Positions 32,480 to 40,291 of a stretch of 64,000 nt of DNA are shown piece after piece. This stretch comes from a virus. The position numbers were made by a program, and so were the translations under genes. The notes beneath the pieces were generated by a model. That model was given only the letters and a program-made list of their open reading frames with translations, was not told the DNA's origin and did not search any database. Each line of letters opens with the position of its first letter. Positions within the stretch are counted from its first letter, which is position 1. The stretch covers positions 1 to 64,000 of IMG/VR virus record IMGVR_UViG_3300020156_000005, one strand, 5' to 3'.

Positions 32480-32695
32480 ATGAAGTTGGCGCTCTGCGCC
32501 TATCATCCTAATCCCGATATCTTCCATGCAGAAAAAGGCGGCATGAAGGCAAGGATGGAAGCCTTATCTGTCTGCATGCGATGCCCGGTGATGATCCAAT
32601 GCAAAGAGTACAGCGAGCGCATTGGATCGGATACTGGCATATGGGGCGGGGAACTTTACACACGCGAAACGAATAAACAAAAGAAGAACAACTGA
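32480..32695 (+). CDS. whiB: WhiB-family Fe-S transcription factor
   Basis: C..(N)PDIF ... CMRCPVMIQC ... GIWGG pattern typical of WhiB-like proteins. Confidence 0.8.
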   Translation: MKLALCAYHPNPDIFHAEKGGMKARMEALSVCMRCPVMIQCKEYSERIGSDTGIWGGELYTRETNKQKKNN

Positions 32696-32714
32696 TCCAC
32701 AAGGAGTGTACGAA

Positions 32715-32936
32715 ATGCCGTACTTCAAAGTCCCTGTCCGTATGAGCGTTGTCGGCTACCGCTACGTGGAGGCCGATGACAAAGAGGAGTCGCAACTTAA
32801 GGCGATTGACGGATGCGACAATACCCTTCCAGCGATGCGAGACTGGGAGGAGGATGGGGACGCCGAGGCCGCTGATCTTGATGAGATCGAAGAGATTGAC
32901 TTCGATACCTACGAAGAGAACTCGTCGGATATCTGA
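32715..32936 (+). CDS. acidic hypothetical protein (73 aa)
   Basis: Track ORF 32622 trimmed to ATG 32715 after AAGGAG. Reads MPYFKVPVRMSVVGYRYVEADDKEE... Confidence 0.5.
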   Translation: MPYFKVPVRMSVVGYRYVEADDKEESQLKAIDGCDNTLPAMRDWEEDGDAEAADLDEIEEIDFDTYEENSSDI

Positions 32937-32939
32937 GCC

Positions 32940-33065
32940 ATGGCGAAATTCAAAGTCACAGTTGAGTACGAGGTAGAAGAGAAGAATGCTACCGAAGCTG
33001 CCATGCTCTTTGTGGTGGACCGGAAGGCCAACCTCCTCACCACTCTAGTAGAAGAGGTGCAGTAG
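32940..33065 (+). CDS. small hypothetical protein (41 aa)
   Basis: Not in the track. MAKFKVTVEYEVEEKNATEAA... resembles the N-terminus of the preceding gene. Its stop abuts GTG 33066. Confidence 0.4.
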   Translation: MAKFKVTVEYEVEEKNATEAAMLFVVDRKANLLTTLVEEVQ

Positions 33066-34232
33066 GTGGACCTTCGCACTATCAGCGCATCGGGGTACGA
33101 GGTTGCCTCGACTTGCCTAAAGCGTTACTACCATGAGTACGTGCTACGTACGCCCCGTACCGAGTCAAGCGAGGCCGCTAACCTTGGTACTGCTGTTCAT
33201 GGAGCCCTTGAGGATTACGTCAAGGCAATCTATGTCGAGAAGAATAACCTCGCGCCCACACTGAAGAACCTTCTCAACTTCTACAGCAAGCATTTTGAGA
33301 TGGTCTTCGGTTCTGCGGATCGGTCGAACGATTGGTATCCGCAAGGTAAAGAGATGCTTGCCACCTGGCACAGGCGTACCGACCTTAGCACGGTCGAGGT
33401 AATCAGCACCGAGAAGAAAGACTCTATCGAAATCCCGACCAGCGCCGGGAAGAAGAAGTACAATTACATCTGGGATCGCTGTGACATCTTCGAGGAGGAT
33501 GGTAAAACTATCATCCGAGTTGTGGACTACAAAACCTGGCGCAAGAATATGCAGCCCAAGGAAATGCGGTACAAGATTCAGGTCCGCATGTATGCCATGG
33601 CTGCCGCCATCCAGTTCAAGGACCTCAAACCGGATGAGATTTGGGTTCAGCTTGACCAGCTTCGCTGGGGCAATCCAGAGGTAAGGTTTACCAGGGAAGA
33701 TAACCTGGAGACTTGGCGTTATGTTCGTCGGCAAGCTGAAATCATCATCGGTACCCATCCGAATCTCGCAGAGGAAACGCTCAACCCGGAGTGCGGATAC
33801 TGCGTCGTGAAAACCCGCTGCAACAAGCTTCGGAGTAACATCAACGGTGGGGGCGTCTGGTCACTGAAGAGCACCGAGGAACTTGCGGCAGCTTTGTCAG
33901 ACCTCGATAACCAGGCAAAGGGTGCCGCCGCAGCGGCGGAGGAAGTCCGTGCCATCCTCGAAAGTAAGATGGATAACACGGAAGCGAGTGTGCTCGATGC
34001 GGGAAATTTTACCGTAGAGCTGTCGAAGACTACTCGGCGGCAGGCTAACAGTCGGGAAGTAGCCTTGATAGTCGGCCCGCAGGTTTATAAGCAGATCGGC
34101 AAGGTTAACGTATCAGAAGTGGATGCGCTAATTAAGTCCGGAGAGCTTGGGCCTGAGAAGACGGAGCAACTCAAGAAGGTGTTCACGAAATCCGTGACCA
34201 CCTCCGCAGTCTCTAGGAGGAAGGTTGGCTAA
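33066..34232 (+). CDS. PD-(D/E)XK nuclease, Cas4/RecB-like with Fe-S Cys cluster
   Basis: DRCDIF...VVDYKT (D, ExK-type core), an N-terminal Cys (STCLKRYY) and a C-terminal CGYCVVKTRC, matching the Cas4-type four-Cys arrangement. Confidence 0.8.
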   Translation: MDLRTISASGYEVASTCLKRYYHEYVLRTPRTESSEAANLGTAVHGALEDYVKAIYVEKNNLAPTLKNLLNFYSKHFEMVFGSADRSNDWYPQGKEMLATWHRRTDLSTVEVISTEKKDSIEIPTSAGKKKYNYIWDRCDIFEEDGKTIIRVVDYKTWRKNMQPKEMRYKIQVRMYAMAAAIQFKDLKPDEIWVQLDQLRWGNPEVRFTREDNLETWRYVRRQAEIIIGTHPNLAEETLNPECGYCVVKTRCNKLRSNINGGGVWSLKSTEELAAALSDLDNQAKGAAAAAEEVRAILESKMDNTEASVLDAGNFTVELSKTTRRQANSREVALIVGPQVYKQIGKVNVSEVDALIKSGELGPEKTEQLKKVFTKSVTTSAVSRRKVG

Positions 34233-34416
34233 ACTAAAGTCCGGAGAGCTGGTAGAGTACATGGGCAAAGTCTGGCAAGTTCTCAGCGTTACTGATGAAT
34301 TCGTCACGTTGAAGAATGGACATGACAAGCTTGTCGAGCGAGTTGATACCGTACTCGCCACGCTAAGCAAGCCGAGCAATACACCAGCAAGGCATGCCCG
34401 TGTCACAGAATATTGA
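34225..34416 (+). CDS. hypothetical protein (63 aa)
   Basis: TTG start after AGGAGGAAGG. N-terminus is paralogous to 10259..10495. Confidence 0.5.
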   Translation: MAKLKSGELVEYMGKVWQVLSVTDEFVTLKNGHDKLVERVDTVLATLSKPSNTPARHARVTEY

Positions 34417-34636
34417 GGAACCAGAGAGAAGCGATATCATTGCACAACTGGAAACGATGAAGAATGACTTCACTCGTTCCATTAATGCAATGCAATCTGC
34501 CCTTCTAGATGAAGATCTCGCGCCTCATGACAATGCACACTTCAGGCGATCTGTGACAATCATCCAGCACATGGTGGACTCCATAGCTAAGGCAATGGAT
34601 AAAGTAGCCATTAAAAAGATGGAAGATCAGTTCTGA
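34394..34636 (+). CDS. hypothetical protein (80 aa)
   Basis: Track ORF and the last gene of the + arm. Followed by the bidirectional terminator. Confidence 0.5.
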   Translation: MPVSQNIEEPERSDIIAQLETMKNDFTRSINAMQSALLDEDLAPHDNAHFRRSVTIIQHMVDSIAKAMDKVAIKKMEDQF

Positions 34637-34639
34637 AGC

Positions 34640-34678
34640 AAAAGACCCCGGTTACCGTAATGGTAACCGGGGTCTTTT
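34640..34678. terminator. bidirectional intrinsic terminator between the convergent arms
   Basis: aaaagaccccggttacc-gtaat-ggtaaccggggtctttt. The 17-bp perfect stem includes the A run at its 5' end and the T run at its 3' end (a T run in each reading direction). Lies between the stops at 34636 (+) and 34686 (-). Confidence 0.75.
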
Positions 34679-34685
34679 GTCTTGT

Positions 34686-35117
34686 TTACTGCTGGTCTCG
34701 TTTAATGAGGCTAAGATAGATTTTACTTTCTCTCTGGTACCTACGCAGCGAGACAAGCATATTGAAGAGGGCCAGCGCCACGGATAGATAAGCGGTGAGC
34801 CGTACGACGTCCCTCCCATGGTAGTCGCCGCCCAGGAAGATGCTGAGGCAGACGACAATGCCTACCGCTACGAACGATAAGCCCATGTACATGACTGCTC
34901 TTCCTGGCTGGGTTTCTCTCCACCTTGAGTTCGAGTACATGACACAGAAGATCGTGGCAAGCCCTGTTACAAGTAGAAAGATGTAATTGCCTGCGGCCCG
35001 AACATCAACAAGTGTTGCTAACAACACTGCTACAATCACTATAATAAGACTACCGACCCATGACAATACCTTCATGTGCCGCTCTGTCTTTCTGATCCTT
35101 TCAGGCACCCTCATCAC
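34686..35117 (-). CDS. four-TM membrane protein (143 aa)
   Basis: Track ORF with four hydrophobic segments. Last gene of the - arm, next to the lysis genes. Confidence 0.6.
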   Translation of the reverse strand: MMRVPERIRKTERHMKVLSWVGSLIIVIVAVLLATLVDVRAAGNYIFLLVTGLATIFCVMYSNSRWRETQPGRAVMYMGLSFVAVGIVVCLSIFLGGDYHGRDVVRLTAYLSVALALFNMLVSLRRYQRESKIYLSLIKRDQQ

Positions 35118-35122
35118 CTGTT

Positions 35123-35323
35123 CTACTTAAGACCAAAGCTAATCTTGATCGCTGCGCCGAAGTGATTAGTCACTCCTTCCTCGATTAGCTTATCCGCCAT
35201 CCGAGTTACCTCGGTTTCCATTATAGCTGATTTTTGTAACTTGTCCAGAATGCGTGTCCTCATCTCCTCCGCTTCTGGCAAAGAAGAAGTCTCCTCATCC
35301 TTGTGTCTCCTCCACAGACTCAT
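35123..35323 (-). CDS. hypothetical protein (66 aa)
   Basis: Track ORF with a 4-nt overlap with the upstream gene. Confidence 0.5.
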   Translation of the reverse strand: MSLWRRHKDEETSSLPEAEEMRTRILDKLQKSAIMETEVTRMADKLIEEGVTNHFGAAIKISFGLK

Positions 35324-35622
35324 TGCTCGATCCTCCGAACCTCGGTAACAGTCTCCCGAAGAGTGTCAACGAGTCGGTTAGTCGTCCGTCCGCCTTCAAG
35401 AGCGATAGTAGCTATGTCAGCATTCTTATCGGCCAAGGCTTCGGCACTCTGGGCAACCTGCATCCATCTCTCAATTTCTTTGTCCTTGGATTGCCGCATC
35501 TCATCGTACACGGATTTAGGTACAAGTCTACCTGTGAAGATGTATATGATAGCGATTGTAACTAAACCACCTAGACCAAGGCCCTGCCAAGGTAGATTTG
35601 CCAAATCTGCCAAGCTGTCCAT
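35320..35622 (-). CDS. holin-like / lysis-associated membrane protein (100 aa)
   Basis: N-terminal TM helix GLGLGGLVTIAIIYIFTG followed by a charged coiled-coil tail. Directly downstream of the amidase. Confidence 0.6.
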   Translation of the reverse strand: MDSLADLANLPWQGLGLGGLVTIAIIYIFTGRLVPKSVYDEMRQSKDKEIERWMQVAQSAEALADKNADIATIALEGGRTTNRLVDTLRETVTEVRRIEQ

Positions 35623-35676
35623 GCTGGACCGCCCTCCCTCATCTAACTACGGCTGACGGTCCAGCCGAACATCTCA

Positions 35677-36705
35677 TCAACCTTGTTCAGGCGGAGTCCA
35701 CGCAGGATCAAGAGGGGACAACTTTGCCGTCTCGGCAGGCTGCTCATATCCACGGTACTCACGCACAATCGCCACCAGCGGAGCGTAAGGCTCCGCATTC
35801 ACCTTCTTGCACAGATCAATCTGTGCTTCGGCGAGTGCCAACAGAAGAGAACGATTGTCAAGACTTACGCCGTGCGCCGCCGCCGCGTGACCAAGAACAG
35901 TCTCCGGCGTCTTCGGGACATTGTTCTTCCGATACGGCAGGATGCGCAGAGTTGCCTCGAAGACCAGGGTAGCAATTGCCTCGACAACGGTCTGCCGTTC
36001 TACGTTGGGCTCTTCCCCGCGCAGGTACTTGAAGATGGAAAAGCGCTTACCCTCCGGGTTGCGCTGCGGAGCAAGTTCCTTCCAGCCCTTGCGTCCGTCT
36101 GCTCCCATCATCTGATCTACAAGAAATGCACCATCAGCCACGCTAATGTCTCCTTCTGATTGTCCGAGTTCCCGCTTTGCAACGTTAAGCACATAGTCGT
36201 AGGGGAAGTTCGGCCCTGGGTCAGTATGATCGGTTTCCCGCCAAGCTTGCGCCACGTCACCGTGACCAGCCACACCCCAAGTTCCATCCTTGAGTTGCGC
36301 TGCATTCAGCTTATCGGCAGGGATACCTTCTTGCTTGCACCAGATAGCGATCTCCCGACCGACCTGATCAAGCTGCTGAGGAAAGCTCAGCCACTCTTCG
36401 CGACTCTGCGCCGCCCAGCCGAGGACACAGAGGTGAAGTCCCTCATTGTTCCCGACATTACCAGCGGCCCATGCCCGATCCACGTCTACCAGCATCCGGC
36501 AGACATCGCCGTTACGATCTACACACTTATGGTAGCTCGCCTGTACGTGCGACTGAGACAAGTATTTCCCAAGTGAACGTGCGTCACCTGGGAACTTCTG
36601 ATATGCGTAAGGTCCAGCCTCATTCGTGTGGACGACGATGATACTCTTCTTGTAGCCACCAGCGCCAGCGTACTTATTCGGGGACCATATCTCAATGTAT
36701 GCCAT
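35677..36705 (-). CDS. lysA: endolysin, N-acetylmuramoyl-L-alanine amidase (amidase_2/PGRP) domain
   Basis: IVVHTNEAG ... QASYHKCVD ... RAWAAGNVGNNEGLHLCV pattern. Start set at ATG 36705, 2 nt after the upstream stop (the track start 36729 overlaps). Confidence 0.8.
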   Translation of the reverse strand: MAYIEIWSPNKYAGAGGYKKSIIVVHTNEAGPYAYQKFPGDARSLGKYLSQSHVQASYHKCVDRNGDVCRMLVDVDRAWAAGNVGNNEGLHLCVLGWAAQSREEWLSFPQQLDQVGREIAIWCKQEGIPADKLNAAQLKDGTWGVAGHGDVAQAWRETDHTDPGPNFPYDYVLNVAKRELGQSEGDISVADGAFLVDQMMGADGRKGWKELAPQRNPEGKRFSIFKYLRGEEPNVERQTVVEAIATLVFEATLRILPYRKNNVPKTPETVLGHAAAAHGVSLDNRSLLLALAEAQIDLCKKVNAEPYAPLVAIVREYRGYEQPAETAKLSPLDPAWTPPEQG

Positions 36706-36707
36706 GG

Positions 36708-37421
36708 TTACTCCAAAGGTCCCATCCACTGATCAAGCATGATGCTCTCCCAGTCCTCCTCCTTGGCCGGGCTCCTGTCTATGCCCCACTGGCCAAAGTC
36801 TTCCGCATACGTAATATTCACATCTACCGGGATGCCTGCAACGGATGCAAAGTCCGGTGGTACCACCAGCTCTTGACGTAGTACAGTCTTCGGGTGCCAG
36901 GTACGGACACCGTTTACCATTGACCACGCCTTGGTCTGCCATAGCCATAGCTTACCCTGACCGTTACTGCCTACAAGGTCATCCTCTTCAGCCCAGTACA
37001 TGGCACGAAGTCCACCGTAGACACCTACCCACTGCTTGCCGAGAACCTTTGCGCATCCTTGAAGGTAGGGAGCGCAAAGAGTGTTCCAAGTATTGAGACT
37101 AACGTCTTCATCAATACTGAAGTAGATAGGAGTATACCCTGGACCGCCACAGTGAAAGTGCCAGTCCAGCGCTGCCATGGCATCTTCGACGCCACCATTG
37201 TACCCACGCTTAAAGTCAGCCGTAGGACCCTTGCCTTTCTGCCAGTTAGATACAAGATGCAACCCGTGCCTCTTGTAATCCGCAGCTTCATCTGGCAGAA
37301 GAATCTTGTTTGGTAACCCACGCTCGGGAGAATTGGCCAGGTAGCGAACGCTTCCGTCGTAGCCAGCCTCTTTTGTAGCCTTAGCTCCTGGCCTTCCTCC
37401 CGCGTGGTCTGTTAGCCTCAC
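36708..37421 (-). CDS. lysA: endolysin glycoside-hydrolase-like domain protein (DUF1906 / Rv2525c-like)
   Basis: GYDGSVRYL...HGLHLVSNWQKGKG...PIYFSIDEDV...VGVYGG pattern of the DUF1906 glycosidase-like family. Adjacent to the amidase. Confidence 0.7.
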   Translation of the reverse strand: MRLTDHAGGRPGAKATKEAGYDGSVRYLANSPERGLPNKILLPDEAADYKRHGLHLVSNWQKGKGPTADFKRGYNGGVEDAMAALDWHFHCGGPGYTPIYFSIDEDVSLNTWNTLCAPYLQGCAKVLGKQWVGVYGGLRAMYWAEEDDLVGSNGQGKLWLWQTKAWSMVNGVRTWHPKTVLRQELVVPPDFASVAGIPVDVNITYAEDFGQWGIDRSPAKEEDWESIMLDQWMGPLE

Positions 37422-37681
37422 GCCACCCGATTGGGAGGTTCCGTGAAGAGTGCACGCTGCTCACGGAAGTTGGCGATCTTCTCGGGGACTACCTTACGAC
37501 GGATGAGGTAGCCCGCGACAAGCGGTGCGATACCGGCGTAGATAGCAAGTACACTATCCAGCCAGCCAAGCTCGACATTGATATTGAAGACTATCGCGAT
37601 GATAGCGGTTACGGAAACGACCGCACTTCGAACGAGAGCAGGCTCCGGTACGCGGGGCTGCTGCTCTAAAGAGTGAACCAT
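37418..37681 (-). CDS. holin-like two-TM protein (87 aa)
   Basis: Two hydrophobic helices (VVSVTAIIAIVF and LAIYAGIAPLVAGYLI). 4-nt overlap with the glycosidase gene. First gene of the lysis cassette. Confidence 0.6.
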   Translation of the reverse strand: MVHSLEQQPRVPEPALVRSAVVSVTAIIAIVFNINVELGWLDSVLAIYAGIAPLVAGYLIRRKVVPEKIANFREQRALFTEPPNRVA

Positions 37682-37726
37682 TAGTATTGCCTTCCTCGGG
37701 TCAGGTTAAACTAACTTGAACCACAG

Positions 37727-37754
37727 GTTATATGTGACCTGCGTAACCCGTCAA
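37727..37754 (-). promoter_or_regulatory. weak promoter-like element upstream of the lysis cassette
   Basis: On the minus strand, TTGACG (37754-37749), 16-nt spacer, TATAAC (37732-37727), about 45 nt upstream of ATG 37681. Confidence 0.3.
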
Positions 37755-37772
37755 GCTTAGCTCTCTCAGGAT

Positions 37773-38546
37773 TTACTCAGGTACATCAGGGTCGATGAGC
37801 TTCATGGACAGGCGCGAACCGTACGCTCGACAAGTCGCCGTACCGCTGCATCCCATGTTCACGTATATCTTGTCGCCAGCATCGAAATGATAATACCCCT
37901 TTGCCGACGAGTGATCTGCATGAACATACTCAGCTGAGCCAACAAGATAGCTCATTGCTACGTGATCCACGTCGAACTGTACGCCCGTACTAATTGGCAT
38001 ACATGCCACATACATGTCCCACAAGGCATCACGATAAGCTGCCGTCTGAACTCGGGCGTAGTATTCGTAGACACCGGGAATACTTATTACAAACTCACCA
38101 AGCGAATTCACCTCGATGTTCTTGGCAACAATGATCGTATTCATCGGCACCTTTGGCACCGACACTCCTGCATCAAAGTCCGCTGTTGGTCTAGCGTTGG
38201 CGTAAGCTATCTGTTCGAGATGCTGAAGACGCCTCTCGTACTGGGCAAGCATGTCCTCGGTTTCGGTGACACCAAGAACTTCTTCGATACGCCGATCGTT
38301 CGCCGGTCCACCGACTCTTACGTACTGTCCAACGTAGCTCGGTGCCACGTTGTTGTAAGGCACCTTAACCGACAGACTCTCGCCAACGAAGGTGACCATG
38401 CAATACTTCTCTTCAGTATTGATCTGGTCAACAATGGCAGTTTTAGATGGCGGCCGAAGCTGGTTTACCTTGTCGGTGGCAATCTTCTCGACCGTCTCCT
38501 TGACGCCTTTCGCCAGGGAGTAGTTACCGAATGTCTTAGCCATCAT
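37773..38546 (-). CDS. minor tail protein (257 aa)
   Basis: Third ORF after the tape measure gene. ATGA overlap with the upstream gene. Confidence 0.55.
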   Translation of the reverse strand: MMAKTFGNYSLAKGVKETVEKIATDKVNQLRPPSKTAIVDQINTEEKYCMVTFVGESLSVKVPYNNVAPSYVGQYVRVGGPANDRRIEEVLGVTETEDMLAQYERRLQHLEQIAYANARPTADFDAGVSVPKVPMNTIIVAKNIEVNSLGEFVISIPGVYEYYARVQTAAYRDALWDMYVACMPISTGVQFDVDHVAMSYLVGSAEYVHADHSSAKGYYHFDAGDKIYVNMGCSGTATCRAYGSRLSMKLIDPDVPE

Positions 38547-40291
38547 GCCACCTTAGTAATGCGCTTGCCAACGCCGGACATGGGACCAAGGTCAAGCGGG
38601 AAATTGATCGAGGAAATTAGGAATCGACTTGGACCCCAGCTATCCACTGCACCTTCTACCATCTCGACAATCTCGCCTGGTTCAATCCACGGAAATAGAA
38701 TCGAGTCGAAGGTCATCTCGAACTCTTCGAGAGCCGCCACGCTCAGCATGGAGTCGGCAAGTTCTTGAGCCTGAGTAACCTTGGTGACAAGTGGAGTGCT
38801 GTGTACGATCACCCGGTCGCCCAGCTTCTCGATATTACTGGGAGAGTTCGGATTCTCGTTCTTAGCCTCAGCGTAGACCGGCGGCACTGTGCTATCGGAA
38901 CTCTCGCCGACCACGACCACATGGTTGAACAAGCGTGAATCAGAAGTCTTCTTTCCACGCTTCACAAGGTTACCACCAGGGCCGATACTCAACTCCAGCG
39001 TGGGCGGCGTCAAGAGTGGATCGGCCATCTCGGTCATCGTCAAGAAGCCAAACGCATCGAAGAACAGTTCGTAGTTGTTCGCCGTGGCAAGATCCTTCAT
39101 GATCTCCCAGCGAGTTGTGTCACGCTCGTAGGTCTTATCAATATCAAGAGTCTTGTTTGTGGTGATCAACTTGAACTTGCTGATGCCAGCATTGAGCGCA
39201 AGCGTCTTGATTACGTCCTCAACCTTTGCGGTCTTCGGGAATGCCGTCGCCGCTGCGAGCTTTGACTTAATGCAGCGCTTACTATAATCGCGTCCGTTGA
39301 TTCGGATAGTGTCCCCGTAGTCGTCACCGAAGCCAATGCTGTCGCTGACAAACTCTCCAAGCTGAGTTTCCCACTTGGCTTGAGGCACGAAGGTATCCAA
39401 CCACCTTATCGCAGCCCCCAGGAAATTGGCACAATTCGTCCGATCATCCTCCGTTGGGAAGATAGGCTCGTCGAACTTTGCCTGCTGGAGGTGGACCCAC
39501 CGAGCACCACCGAAGGCTGCCCTGGCGACGATACCAGGGCTCAATCCGTTGGTGAGATCGGAGGTGTAGCCGACTACGGTAGCGCCGGAAACGGGCGTAC
39601 TTATCTTGCGGTACGAGTGAGGCGGTGCAACGTCCCAGTTGTTCCAGCCAACCGATAGATCGTGCTCTTCGCTACTCTTGCTGAACGTACGCACGCCAGT
39701 GTTGTCTTCACTTATATCAAGTGCACCACCGGCAATGATGTAAGGCAGCTCGGCCGCGGTGGCGTCAACGCCAAGGGTAAGGATACTCTTACCCTTGGCG
39801 AACGCTTCATTAAGCAGTGTCAACTTGCGTGTATGATCCGAGCTGACGCTGATCAGTATGTCGAATTCTTCAACATCTGCATAAGTAGCCACGAGCGGGT
39901 TGTAGTGTACATACTTAATTCCAGCCTTAGCGAGCAGACCCTTAATTGCAAGAGCCTGACCAGTGGAATCGTACTCCTCGGCAATGATCACCTTCGGCTC
40001 GCGAGCCTGCTGGTTAAGTTCAATACCGTAGATAACCTTGAATACTTTGTCGTACCACAAGTTGCCAGCCTCGGGATCGAGCTGAGCATCATGGTTATCA
40101 AGTGTGCACTCAAAGGTGCGCCGCTCGTCAGACTCATGGTCGGCCGATACGCTACCATCCATAAGTCTGTTCCAGAGGTCTTTTCTCCACGGAGTCTTGC
40201 CATCGTACTCGTAGATTTCTACCCGACGGATAACACTTACTACCGGTTGAAGAAACGCCTCCTCAATTGAAGGTGGGGGCTTATTTGCCAT
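38543..40291 (-). CDS. minor tail protein (582 aa)
   Basis: Second ORF after the tape measure gene. 1-nt start/stop overlap. Confidence 0.6.
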   Translation of the reverse strand: MANKPPPSIEEAFLQPVVSVIRRVEIYEYDGKTPWRKDLWNRLMDGSVSADHESDERRTFECTLDNHDAQLDPEAGNLWYDKVFKVIYGIELNQQAREPKVIIAEEYDSTGQALAIKGLLAKAGIKYVHYNPLVATYADVEEFDILISVSSDHTRKLTLLNEAFAKGKSILTLGVDATAAELPYIIAGGALDISEDNTGVRTFSKSSEEHDLSVGWNNWDVAPPHSYRKISTPVSGATVVGYTSDLTNGLSPGIVARAAFGGARWVHLQQAKFDEPIFPTEDDRTNCANFLGAAIRWLDTFVPQAKWETQLGEFVSDSIGFGDDYGDTIRINGRDYSKRCIKSKLAAATAFPKTAKVEDVIKTLALNAGISKFKLITTNKTLDIDKTYERDTTRWEIMKDLATANNYELFFDAFGFLTMTEMADPLLTPPTLELSIGPGGNLVKRGKKTSDSRLFNHVVVVGESSDSTVPPVYAEAKNENPNSPSNIEKLGDRVIVHSTPLVTKVTQAQELADSMLSVAALEEFEMTFDSILFPWIEPGEIVEMVEGAVDSWGPSRFLISSINFPLDLGPMSGVGKRITKVA

